From Trichodelitschia bisporula (Eukaryota): 64,000 nt of DNA. The notes beneath the pieces are model-generated. The model did no database searches. It saw nothing but the letters and a program-made list of their open reading frames with translations, and was not told where the DNA came from. Both the position numbers and the translations under genes were made by a program. This document shows, piece by piece, positions 23,942 through 36,250 of this stretch (its first letter is position 1; the number at the start of each line of letters is the position of its first letter). The stretch covers positions 192,174-256,173 of the forward strand of contig ML996691.1 of the NCBI GenBank assembly GCA_010356995.1, given 5' to 3'.

Positions 23942-26900
23942 GTTCGTTTCTCGAATTGCGTTGTCGGCGTTGTCTGGTCGTGAGCACTCGTTGTCGAAGA
24001 CGATCTTTCCAGGGCCTTTCCCATCTCCCACCACCGAGGGATCGAACGTTTAGAGATGGCAGATCGTCTTGAACTGAAGAAGAGTCCGTTTCGAGGACAT
24101 CATGGACGGAATCAGGCAAATATTTTCCGAAGGATTATCGCAGCTGAAGCATGGTTAACGAATGATCGGTTTAGTGATCAGAAAAAGCTGCTGTCTCGCA
24201 AGCAAAATTACACGTCAAAAATCGTACCCTGAGTAACGTTGTCGAATACCTGTTGCAAGCACAAAATCGTCCTCTTAAGATTCCATCTCAAGTCATTCCA
24301 TCTCGTCCGTTTCCACCTCGTATAGCGAGATGTCCTCGATGTTGAGCATAGCTCCCGTGTTTAGCTGCCTTTGTGGGGCGTCCGCGACGGCAAGGAGGCA
24401 GAAGGAAGAAAATCTGAAGCAGAACCGAGCAAGATTCGGCCTTACTTGGCTCACAGCTCGAATCCCAGAGATTCGGGAGGCATAGACAATGATGGGATCA
24501 TGGCTCGGGACACGTAAAGGCAATGAGTGCAGAGTGAAAGCATTGTGGAAGACGAAGAAGAGAAGAGAGAGGAGAGTGATGGAGGCGCTCATGTCAAGAT
24601 ATAGTGGTCCACGTCCTCCAATGCTCCTTCCATTATCTCCCCCAGCCGCTTCTCCCGGTTAAGGATCTTCCTCCCAAGAATACGATTGTCCCTTCCCAGG
24701 CACATCTGCTCCTTTCCTGTGTCCATATTAGACAACGGAGCCGTCACCGGAAGCTGGCCATCTTCCCGGATGTTCATGTGACCGTCATTGAAACTCTTGA
24801 ACGAAGACGGACGCAAACGAGGCAAAATGCCGCGGCTCTCTCCTAAATTTCATATCCTCCGCTCTTTAGTGACACCAACGTTACAGTACCAAGTATTGCA
24901 AGACACTTCGATAAATGGGGGAGCGCTGGGAGCTGGTGTCGCGCTTCTACATATCCCTATGAAGGTTTCGGGTGAGGCCTCCCTGCCGACCAGAAGATAC
25001 AGATGCACATGTCCTAGGAGAACCTCAAAAAGCAAGGCCTGTAGGTACAAGCTTCGGCATATACTTGGGGTTTTCATGGAGTTCAACCTACCCTTGGTCC
25101 TTGCAACTTTGGACAAAGGGCTTGTTGGCAAGAGTGAATGTCAAGGTCGAGTTGCAGCAGGAAGTCGTTCAACAGACATGAGAGTCGCCTTACTGGGCTC
25201 AATGAAATGCAGCCGACTAGTATCAGAGTCGAAACCTGCATGTCTATGGCACTATTCACGAACAATCAGAAGCTCGTGGTGGAGTTGATACTTTTGTCAT
25301 CCATTGCCTAAGGGCCCTTGGCTGCGCCTGCGCCACACATAAAATTTAACAAAAATTTAACCAAACGTCAGATGCACCACGGCTCTGATGAGGAAATGAA
25401 TCGTGACCTTTGGTAACTGAGGCGAGCCAGATGCAAACAGAGCTACATGGCCAGCCGAATTAGCATTGTGTACCCACTCCATAAACCATTGAAGACAGCC
25501 GTTAAGCTTCCGGCTTCAGCTGACCGAGCAAGCGTCGGCCCTGGCCGTCGTTCATCCAGCAGGAAACGCAATCGACGGTGGGCGTAGTAGGTTACAAGAA
25601 CCGAAAGCCTAGCACAGCGTACCGCGCGTAGCCCTTCTCGTCCCCGCCAAAGGCCCCTCCGCTCCGCACGCCAAATCGGTCCGCCCCGATGTGAAAGTAT
25701 AAATGGGGTTCCCGAAGGATAGCGGCTCCACCAACGTGGCCGACCCGCTTATGCTCCGTTCAAAACCAGTGTATGTCATTTCTGGTCCGGAGGCCCGTCT
25801 AGATAACCTTATTGTCCGGCGAATCGCGTTCTGATCGCAATCCGGCGCCGCGAGTGGGGACTCTGGTAGAGTGGATTCTCTCGGTTGGGGAACCCGCAGT
25901 TCTGAATCTCTGACGTATTTTAAAAGATTGTATGCCGGTATCTCCCGGAAAAGGGTTTCGGGTGGTTTAGTGATCGTAGGCTGTCCGTTGTTCAGTGGCG
26001 GTTGTGGAGTTGGAGTGCTTCCGAGGCACTTTTGGGACCGGGAAGGGGTGGGAAGGGGCGAGGACGGCGATGAGAGCTTTTCCTAAATTGCACAGTCAAC
26101 TGTGAAGGAGCTTTCCTTAGCACTTGAGGTACGAGCATTGAACACGATACCAGCCTGAATGGGACACCAGGCTCTCACGAGAAGAACGCGTCGCTGCGTT
26201 CACAGGCGTGGCGGGGAGTTGAACGCGAGAAAAAACTTGAACGGCTTAAGAGTGGTATCTGGAGATTGTTTACGCATTGTCTCATTGCCTGCGCACGCTC
26301 ATGGCCGCAAGAACGCGTAGCCGGGCGCTCGAAGAGCCTGCAGCCATCGTGCCTGTATTCAGATTGTGCTCCCCCGCCCGAAGCACCGCCGCGCATCAGC
26401 TGCTGAGCTCGTCTCGAGTTGTAATTCTGATGCCTCCTTCATGGCATTCAGCGTACGGGCCAAGCCATCACAAACGCTGAGGTCTGTTCTGAGCTGGTCT
26501 CGCCCAGCGCCGGCGCCCTCATGGTCGTGTCTTTACAGTTGTACTCCAGTCATGCCTCCGTTGCCGCGTCTATGATCTCGATGTGCGGGACGCGGGCAAT
26601 GGCCGCAATGAGAACGTGAGGCTTTTGAAGGCTCTTGGGAGAAGAATCGTTCGAGAGTGGCAGTCCGCTTATGCTCGCAAGTGGCCGGCAGCGATGGCCG
26701 AGATGGAAGTGTCATCTGAAGGACCAGGCTTCCCAGTGCCGTAGATGCATATGGACGACGATGAGAAGAGGACTGTGAAGTTGGAGTGAAACTTGAGGGT
26801 CTTTGAATGATGTGCGGGCTGTGGGCGACCGGCCAGCTTCAGGGGATAGCTCGGCCCGGCGCGCTTATACGCCCTACCGTGCCTGCTCATCGTGAGACAA

Positions 26901-29242
26901 TTCAACCTCCCACACCCATCTCATTCAACACCACTGTTGCATGTATGCAAGACTTCTTCCCAACACAATACCTTCAGACTGGCTCAGCAATCTCCTGCTT
27001 TTTGCAGTTCATAACGAAAGCCTAAGGCAGATCTCCGCCACGCAACAACCCTGCCCCTTTCCCTGCAGCTCAAAGCCTTCAGCAATCCAGCGGCATACGA
27101 CAGATTCGCAAGGCTGTAAGCCCTTCACAACCGGCTCCGGAGAAGGCTGCAGGGTATGACAGAGTTCATGAAAGGTTGATATCACACTGAGCCAGATATC
27201 CAGAGCATAACGTGTGTGGTTGCCAGCACTCCTGGAAGGCACGGTCGCAGCACCGGATGACACGTCGAGCCAAACATCGCAACTCCATGGTGAACGGATC
27301 CCTGGAAACAGCACTCATACTCTACAACGTCGGGGCGGGCTCAACGGCAATATCAATCAAACTGCATACACGCTGAAGGACTTTTCCGACCGCCTCTCGC
27401 TCCTGGACTTCGCTTCGGCAGCACCCCTGTCGCCCTTCTCGGGAACCATGACTTCGAATCGCGCTTCAGATATGTCGCGGCTATCGTTGAGCGCGGTCGT
27501 TTTATTCCGAGATCATCGTCTCTCAACTGGTTCACGTGGCCTTTTCCTGATTGACTCCGGATGGGCTCGGATGAAAGACTTGGTCCGTATTCGAATGGAG
27601 CAGCTCACGGAATCCCATTTACTGGCAAGGTTGGTGCCCGCTTAGACACCCATGTTCCACATTAACGGTGGACCGCCCCGGCTCGCTGGTTTGCGCATAC
27701 AACGCCCCAAACCAGGTGGGTTAGGAAGGTCGTCGCGGGCGGCTGCGGCCCGCTCCTTATGGCGACTTCCGCAGCCGTCGACGCTAGCCCTGGATGAATT
27801 TAGCCAATGACCAGGAATCTGTAAACGACCGAGATGCAAGCATCAGTTCAAAGCACTGCGGCCCAAAGGGAAGATATTGCTGTCTGGAGCGCGGCAACCG
27901 GCTATATCTTTATGGATGGCCCCTGAACATAAAATATATGCAATCGAGACGGCATATGAGCGGACATACGAACGAAATATAGCTTGCACGTACCTCTCAA
28001 GACTTCGACATCCTTTGCGCATGGGGTCCGGGGAGCTCTTAAAGGCTGCGCAGTGATCCTGCAATTCCTGGCGCAGGGCGGCCTCTCGTTTCGTTAAAAA
28101 ATTTAAGCGCCGTCGACCAGGGGGTGATATTCGTAAGGACATCTCTTAGTCCCCCTGACGCTGTCCTATTCAGGTACCCTCCATGGATTCGATGCCTGTC
28201 GCTCCCACGCATCATGCGAACTGCCAGGCACCGACCCCCACAGCCTCGCATCCCAGTCAGGATTGCAGGTAGTGTCGCTCCCCACGCTGCCGCCGCGCAG
28301 GCAGACCGGTTCGCGTGGTCCTACCTGGAGGTGCTATTCTCCGGGAGAAAGCTGCTGTGCATGCGTCGCGTGACCCGTCGGTGGGTGGATTTCTATCGCT
28401 TGTTTGAAGAACTGGCTGCGCCTCTCATGCACCGAGTTGAAGAGAAAGATGACCATCTCCTCGGTACACCCCCCCGTTCGACGGGGTAGGCGAGTATCCC
28501 GGTCGTGGTCGCGACACGAGCGAGGAAGTGTAGCGCCTGGAGCCCATCCAGTATATACTCTCGTCGGCGCGGGTGTTGCGTTGCGATGTGGACGCCGCCT
28601 TCGTGGGACCCGCACAGCCTTCTGGTATCGTTGGTCGAACCCCGCCGAAGTCTCAGCGTACCGGTCCATCGTCGCGAAGCCGTTGCTGCCTCCGACCTCC
28701 GGCGGCTGGTACCAGCTGTCGCGTCGCTGTTGCCTGGTGTGCGTTGATGGCCGGCACGGCGTAGGGTTTGGCGATGCTCGTTCGGTAAACAGACGAAATA
28801 CAGGCGAAACGCCGTTCGCATCGAGCGCTGGGATGCGATGAGCCACTGGAGCTTATAGCTGTTTTATACTACGCGCTTTCTCATACCTATACTCCGTAGG
28901 TGCTAGTTATAGCTGTGCGCCAACATTCCTCCCTTTCTCCCTTACAGGGTTGTGGCATGGGGCGGGTTCAACCCCCCTTATCTATTATTTGGAGCAAGGC
29001 TTCTTTGACTCACTAAATACGCGAGACCGCGCTCAATTCTCGCATGCTTTTAAGCTGTGAATCGCAACTTTTCAACGACATCTCTTGAAGAACTCATTTG
29101 CTGGTCGGACTGGCGTTGGTGATGATGGGCGAAGGACGCGCGGATGCCGCTCCGAGAACGGCCTCTGCGCTTAAGGCTTGTCGACTTTCACTCATCAACC
29201 ATCCACACTGCATAACCACCCCGTCAAATCACCCGACGCAAT

Positions 29243-29753
29243 ATGGATTCTTTTCAAACTGCTTTCAACCAATTCTACCAAGTCATCTACGAACGCCTCG
29301 CTGGAGGCCATGACGGACCCGAAGCCAGGGCCCACCTAGAGTCAATCAAGCATGCCTTAGACGGGTGCCTTAAATCGCCGCTCTCCAACATCATAATGGT
29401 TCCCATCGGGAATGGATCCATCCAAGCCGCAGAGGTGGCTGTCGGTGCTGGAGCAGCGTATTCGCGTGCTCAAGGAGGCTTACAATGGACTCAAGGAGGT
29501 TTACAAGGGACGCAAGGTGGCACTCAGACTCAACTGGGTATCAGCGGCCCACCTCCGGAAGGTGAGCAAGCTTCATCCAGCTGCCATTTCCATTCGAAGC
29601 TAACTCATGACCATAGCCTCTTCATGGCAGTCGACCAGGAGAAAAAACCGGCCCCGCTCTGAGCTCCATTTGCCTTGTGCAACCTGCTCAAAGGTTTACA
29701 AATACCAAAAGCCCTACACCGAGCACTTAAAGAAGTGCCGCCGTGAGGCTTAG
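29243..29753 (+). CDS. Orphan 151-aa protein with QGG repeats and a C-terminal C2HC zinc finger
   Basis: Exon 29243-29561, intron 29562-29616 (GTGAGC..GCTAAC..TAG), exon 29617-29753. The spliced C-terminus ASSWQSTRRKNRPRSELHLPCATCSKVYKYQKPYTEHLKKCRREA* contains C-x2-C-x12-H-x3-C. Confidence 0.72.
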
Positions 29754-30088
29754 GTCTTCCTCAATAGGAATGCCGGTCTCAGCAGTAATGGAAGGTACGA
29801 AACGGCGAGTTCCCACTCTGGGTGTCGTAGGCTGACAAGTAACGAGGAGCATGATTTGAGGCGTTCGGCGGCGTGCTAGCGCCTTTTCTCTATGAGATAT
29901 TGAACACCGTTGGGGATTTCTTTGCACCTGGCTCAATCTTTGGCAGCCAGGCATGATTGGACTCACTTCATAATTCAAAAATTAGGATGCTCATACGGCG
30001 GCGTTCTCTTTTGCCGCTTTGCTGATGTGCTTTCAGCTCCCACCCGCTAGTCCGCGCCCTTCCTTCGCCTGGCAGCACAGCACCATCC

Positions 30089-30820
30089 TCTTCCATCTAC
30101 CGAGCTCCTCCGCCATACTCTTAGCGTTGTACAATTGCGATTGACACAAGCGAAGGCTCTTGCGGAAGATGGGACGTGTCTATTGCAACTCGACGTGCAG
30201 AAGAATACGCCGCTTCTGCTGGAAAAACGCGTGTTTTTGGCGGGACGGCGCTTGAGGGAGGCTCCCATATCCTCCTGGCGACAGTTACTGCGCCGAAGCA
30301 TACAACGGCTACGTTCCAACAAGGTTCAACGCTAGGCCGGAGGCGTACCAGCGTGTAAATACGGTTGCCGGGTGGCGGCGTTGGCCACGCTGAGGGTTGC
30401 TGGCATGGGGACATCGCGCAAGTTTTGGCCGTTGCAAGGGATGCTCTTCATTACGGACGGATCTGGAGCTCAGAGCACTCTGAGCGCTTCGTCGAGGACA
30501 CAGGGTGGAGGCACATCGTGGACGAGCTCTGGGAGATGGTCCAGAACCTCCGTCGCGCGACGGACAGCTTGCTCTAGTCTCCTTAGGAGCGCAGATGGTT
30601 TGAGGCCATTCTCTGGCACTGGGCAAAGCGCTACTTGGAATACACCTCGTATCTACGGAATCCCTTTCGCGTGCAGCTCATGTGCCTCGATCTACCCCAC
30701 GACTCTACACGAGCCTTCACGGCGCGACACGTCCATCCAGATCGCCGCTCTGCCATCCTTTTCTCACTTTATTGTGCGTCTCCGGACGCTATCGATATTC
30801 GAATACGGCTCTGTGGGTAA
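30089..30820 (+). pseudogene. Possible decayed gene (weak F-box-like start, several in-frame stops)
   Basis: ORF fragments 30176-30358, 30365-30577 and 30635-30820 share one frame, interrupted by TAA/TAG codons. An LPSTELLRHTLS motif lies upstream in another frame. Confidence 0.3.
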
Positions 30821-31734
30821 AAATAACCGAGTCTGCGCTTCTATTGGCGATGTTTCGGGCGGCGGGACGCGTTGTTTTCGAGACCCTTGGACGACCAACC
30901 TCCGGGCCAGCAACAGACGAGCTCACCTCACATCCACTCCAAACACCACGATTCAGCTATCTCCTAAAGCTTGTGTCGCTCATAACGAGTGCTACTTGAG
31001 TTGATTAGCTCTTCGAATAACGTCGGGAGTTGACTCGGCTGCAATCTGGACCCAGTTCTCGCTGCATACAAGTCGGACAAAGGGATGGCGGGAGGGTTAT
31101 CGCGATGGGCTCCAATGAGACGAGAAGAGTTTGGCGAGCACATTTCCGCTGACAGCAAGCAGTCGCAAAGAGTAAACTCTGTTAGATCCGATATCCGCAT
31201 AGAGATGCTATTGGCTTTGCCCTCTCCCCTTTCTGCTAGTCATTACGATGAAGGTCCCGCCTCAATAACATCCAATCTTCGCATCATCCCAGCATCCGGC
31301 GTCTACCCGCACCCTCATACAACCACGAAAGTGGCGCCTTGAGATCGAAATCCCGCAGCAGAAAGCATCGGATCCTAAGCACCGTTTTGAGCCGGACCCA
31401 GCCGGATCACGTCCGTCGGGCAGCTTCATTCCCGCCATCCATTTCATCGGCTAGTAACACACGGTCATCAAGACTTCACTCCCGGCGAACGGTCCGCCAC
31501 TGGAGTTGAAGGACATTCGAAGTCCCAACCCAGCTGTTCGCGCGAGTGTGTATTCAGATATTGTCAGGCATAGTGGTCAACAACAGCAAGAGCATGAAGG
31601 ACTGGTATCGTTGTGATCACGACTGTACTCCGCACCGCCGGTTGTGTTTGAGCCAAAGGTCATCTTGTATCCTCAGCCAACCCAATAATATCAAGATGGT
31701 GTGCGCGCTTTTAGCATCCAAACAAAAGGCCGCA

Positions 31735-33484
31735 TTAGAGCGAGTAGACGAACTCGGGGTTCTCCCGGTCGGTAAGGTCAAGAAACCTGCAGCGTCAGCA
31801 TTATTCAAGCACTCGTCCGATCAAACTCACTCCTGGTTCTCTAACTTGACGTACCCGAGCTCCGCCCGGATCAGCGCCTTCTTCGCGTTTTGCCTCCTGC
31901 AGTACCACCAGATAAACAGTAGGTCGAAGAGGCAGATGCTCCAGCAGACCATGATAGTGATCTCCGCCGGCACATAATTCTTTCCGCGGAAAGTCTGCGG
32001 GCCGATGATGTTACCCGTGCAATATCCTAGCCTCAATTAGCTTCCACAACACCCCGAAGCCGGACCGAGCCCACCGATCAGGAACATCGCCGCCACCGTC
32101 GTCTTCTTCGTGTACCCGGCCACATTCGTCGAAACCAGCGACAGCAGCGCAACAAATGGCGTCGGGCTCGACTGTGTCAAGTAGTACCCAATCAAGCGAC
32201 CTGTGTTCTTGCTCGCCGGCAGTCCGACAATCAGCGCCATGCCGAAAATCGAAATAAGCAGCCCAGAAGTCGAGATTAGCAGGCGATTTCTGTAGCGGTC
32301 GCCGAGCCAGCCGCAGGCGATCAGGGCGACGATTTCGACCGCCCCGCCTGGAGTGCCGTACAGCAGTGACTGCTTGGCCGTGTAGCCGAAGGAGCGGATG
32401 AGGAGCGAGAAGAAGTTGCTCACGCCGCCTGCGCAGTTAGTAGGTGTCGAAGATGGAGCAGCGGAAAGGGCTTACCGTTCGGGATGTCCGCCACCAGGGC
32501 GTAGAAGAAAAAGGCCCAGGTCAGAGGGTCCGTCAAAGCCTCCTTTAGCTGGTACATTTTGAAGTGCTTGTTGCCGACGCCCTGGTTGTTTTCGCGGATG
32601 CGCTCAATCGCCATCAACCGCTCCTCCTTGGTGAGCCACCATGCATTCATCTGGCTGTCTGGCATGACAAAGAGGAATAGCACGCCCATGGTGATGGTGA
32701 GCAGGCCTGTGACCAGGAAGATGATCTTCCACGGCGCAATCGCCGACCCGGATTTCTCGACCCCGACCGCAATGCCATACGCGACCAGTCCGCCGAAGAT
32801 CTGCGCGAATCCGTTGAAGCTAAACCAGATACCCGTGCGCGTGCCCTGCTCTCTCTTGGTGTACCACTGCGACGTGAAAAGCGCAAAGCCAGGCGTGACA
32901 GCCGCCTCGAAGACACCGAGGAAGAAGCGCACCGCGACGGCGCCGGAGAAGCTCTTCACCCCCGCAAAGCAGGACAGCACCGTGCCCCACATGATGATGT
33001 TGAAGGCCGAGTACTTGCCAAGCGGCAACCGCTGCAGCAACCGGTTGGTCGGGTACTCCCACGCCAGGTAACCGAAGTAAAACATGGAGCCGAGCCAGTT
33101 GTACTGGGTGCCGTGCAGGCCGATACCGCCAGCAACCTTGGGCGCCGAGATGCCCATGACGGAGGCGTAACTCAGCGTCGTCTTGTCGAGGTAGTTGAGC
33201 CCGTAGACCAGGCACATCAGCGGCATGATATGTAAGTCGATCTTACGGAGCAGTCGCTTGTTTTCTTCGGGCGTGATCTCGAGCACTGTGCCTTGGTGCG
33301 AGGCGAAGGCTTTGAGGGCTTCGTCGCCATCTTGCGCGTGCTTTACAATTTCGGAGAGCACGCTGTTGTTGCGCGCGGCGTCAGTTGATATGCCCGGGAG
33401 CACTTCGGTCTTTTCGCCGGCATTTTGGGAGGAGTGGGTTGGGGAGGAGGCCGGGAGCGGGGCCTTCTCGCTGTGGGAGGTCAT
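31735..33484 (-). CDS. Allantoate/ureidosuccinate/dipeptide permease (MFS, anion:cation symporter family, DAL5-like)
   Basis: Exons 33484-32476, 32428-32075, 32026-31831, 31786-31735. LLRKIDLHIMP, LNYLDKTTLSYAS, QRLPLGKY, RFFLGVFEA, SQWYTKREQ, TNVAGYTKK, GNIIGPQTF, FLDLTDRENPEFVYSL*. Confidence 0.93.
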
Positions 33485-33613
33485 TGTGACGGTCGATAGA
33501 TGCCGGATTGCAATGCACCCCCCCTAGTTCTTTTATGCTGCGGTTCCAAAAGCCTCAACAATCAATGCCGGGAATTGATTTCCGATCCGTCATACCGCAT
33601 ACTGTAGGATGCA

Positions 33614-34226
33614 AGATAAGTGTGGCCACCGTCGGCACGCTGTCGGTCTGAAGTTCAGATAACGTTTGCACAAGGCGTGCCGCACAGCTGCGGCATGATG
33701 AAAGAGGCTAAGTGTCACAACGGGTCTTATCAACGGGTGGTGAAACCGGGAAATCGGATAGGCTGCGGTCGTCGTTCGAACAAGCGTTCTCCATCAACGT
33801 GGTCGCCTTCGACGTCAATATGCGGGGGATCAGCATGGAGAGCGGGTCATAGCCATCCCAGTTAGGAAGGTGACGATGCCAATCTATTTCTAAGGCACGT
33901 GACCTGGAAATAAAGTGATGTCGTTTGATATCGCAGCCTTGTTCGTGTGGAGATGATTGGCCAAAGCTTCGCTAAAGCTTCGAATTGCTGCATCTGGTAT
34001 CTCGCGTGTCTGACTGCTGAATTAGCGTTGCTCTAGCAAAATGCTTCGGCGGTTAAGCTTCGACCAACCACTTCAACCCATTTCAAAACCCTCAGATAAA
34101 GAATTCCCCGCATCGAAGATCCGTCTCTTTCCCGGGTAATCTTGATGCGTGCATGGACAAACCCCTACGTCAAACCAGCCCTCCGGGACAAAACCAAAAC
34201 GACGCCAGAATCTATGATGGCGATAA
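33614..34226 (-). promoter_or_regulatory. HGATAR sites upstream of the DAL5-like permease
   Basis: AGATAA 33614 and 33657, TTATCA 33727, AGATAA 34094, CGATAA 34221. Confidence 0.5.
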
Positions 34227-35222
34227 AATATCATGACCAGAGCCGACCGGATAGAACATCCGTCTCTGAAACACCACACACGCAGTCACCTCCACTATCT
34301 CGCCCGTCCCTCGTACGTCGTCACGGGAGTCAGCCTCGCTTAGATACGCGAACGAAGCCACGGCCCGGCACGCCTCCGCCGCTAACCCCACAACCGGCCG
34401 CATCAAAACCCGCGAAGCGACTACGGGCCGATGTGTTATTATCTCAGCTGCTCTCAACCCAAATGTCTCGCACATACCGCAGGGCCGCAAGTGGCGGATA
34501 AGCTCACCGCCCAAGCCGCTGCGAGCATTGCACCGAAGCGGCAGCGATCAGCGGCGGCTCGGCACTTCCCGCCACATCCTTCGTGGCGCGCTGGGTTTCA
34601 GCCTTGAGGAATGTTCCGGGCGTGCCGCGGTTGGGGGAGGTCCCGGTTAGGGGGATCGTGCGGAGATTTTTGTGGGATCGGAGGGGATAATCATTATTTC
34701 GGGTAGATTGGGGTTGGTGGGCGATGGGGTTGGGGATCGGCGTGGGCTTGTGGGCGAGATTGGGGAGTGGGCTGGTTGTGGGTTCTAAGTTGGCATACTC
34801 TTTTCGTCGTTAAGCTCGGAGGTCACTGCCTTGCATCGAATGGCCTTTATGCATAACGTGAGCTGGTTCTATTTGAAGATACAACCATTGTATCGGAAGC
34901 TGCAGTGCATTGAAGTTGTACTTGAACAAAGGGATTAGGCTGGGGAAAGGATACATTGCAGTACGCGGACTGGTGAGCAGACGCTCTGGTTATGCAACGA
35001 CATAAGGCAGGATGTTCGTGCTGAGCAAGATAACCGGCTAACGAGGCATGGCGTCACACTTTAACATACGACTAGAACTAGAGCAGAAACTGATGTAGAC
35101 ATGAGGCAGGGGCATTGCAAGCCAGGAAGGAGCACATCAAGCTTGACACTCAGATTATTGTATTTAGTCTCGAGCGGCTCCGGCGCTCACACCGTTTGCC
35201 CTCTCTTTCTCTTCGTGTTATA

Positions 35223-36140
35223 TCAACTTTCACTTTCACTCGTTGCTCCAGACGTGTGAAGGCTGTTCTCCACGAGAGACAAATTCTCCTTAATGGCCTC
35301 CATACCAGCCTTCCACTTGACGGCATTGCGGATAACACAAACAAGCTCAGGCCAAATGAGAGGCTGCTTTGTTGGGTAATTTTCCACAAAGCAGCACTTA
35401 TATTCCACCTCATGATTCTCGTTCAGCCGCGTCCAATGTGCCATAATGTCCACCTGGTCGAACGAAAGGATTATTGTCAGAGCTTTACAATGCATGTCAA
35501 AATTCCATGCGGCGTCTGCAGGACCCTTTGCCTTGACATGGAGTGCACGAAGCCCTTGAAGCATCGCGCCGCCGTTATGCCAATTCCTCTCCATGGCCTC
35601 TTCGTGAGTTTGGCTTAATGTCGTCTCAATAGCGAGAAATGGGAAGATAAGATCACAGCAATCCTGGACCGGCGGTGCGTACGGAGCACATGCAAATATC
35701 GCCCGTTGCAGATGGGGAACTGCTGCTCTGTGCAATCCGACCATTTGCATTGGTTGCCGCGGGGACAGCTCAGAGACGTACGAGCCCTCGATGCCAACTG
35801 TCGACCGTGGCGCAAATGGCGCGAACTTGATGCTGGGCTTATCGAAAATAATCGAAGGGACACCAAGGATAACGTTCAGTTTGAAGCCAAATTCTTGTGC
35901 GCTGCAATCCCTTAAGTACGTTCGGCGCAGGAATTCCACTCCATCTTCCACAGGGGCTCGGAGATGTACTGGCGCCTTGAGTGTAGAGACGACTTCATCC
36001 CGATCCACAGGCTCCCGAGAGTTGTTGAAATAGATCCGGAGCTCACCCAGCGCTTCAATGGTGATGTCGGGGGCGGGGAACCTGTGGGCCGTTAGTTAGG
36101 CTGGGGCAAGAAGACATGTTGCATACTCCATGTCCGGCAT
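35223..36140 (-). CDS. Fungal hypothetical protein resembling PD-(D/E)xK-fold nuclease-like families (DUF7924-like from memory), catalytic residues apparently substituted
   Basis: 14-nt exon 36140-36127, GTATGC..CTAAC..CAG intron, exon 36081-35223 in frame (MPDMEFPAPDITIEAL..). Motifs PRQPMQMVGL, FPFLAIETT, AMERNWHNG, IMAHW, IRNAVKW. TATA-like element near 36275. Confidence 0.7.
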
Positions 36141-36146
36141 CTTGCT

Positions 36147-36250
36147 CTCAGTTCTTTTGAGAAGTGTGGTAGTGACAGGATAGCCCCTCAGTTCTTTTGA
36201 GCATTGTGGTGATGACAGAGGATAGCACAGTTTTCAAGGATTGTCACCAT
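36147..36250. repeat. About 40-bp imperfect tandem duplication in the leader of the nuclease-like gene
   Basis: CTCAGTTCTTTTGAG..TGTGGT..TGACAG..GATAGC at 36147 and 36187, plus a decayed third start. Confidence 0.8.

Noticed and set aside
24293..28846. Several 80-170 aa ORFs and intron-like signals (e.g. 26941-27645, 28124-28489)
   Set aside because: Could not be joined into an intact model and carry no recognisable motif; they may be relics but this is unsupported.
29412..29603. Alternative-frame ORF MDPSKPQRWL.., suggesting a frameshifted gene
   Set aside because: The 29243 frame splices cleanly into a zinc-finger exon, so no frameshift is needed.
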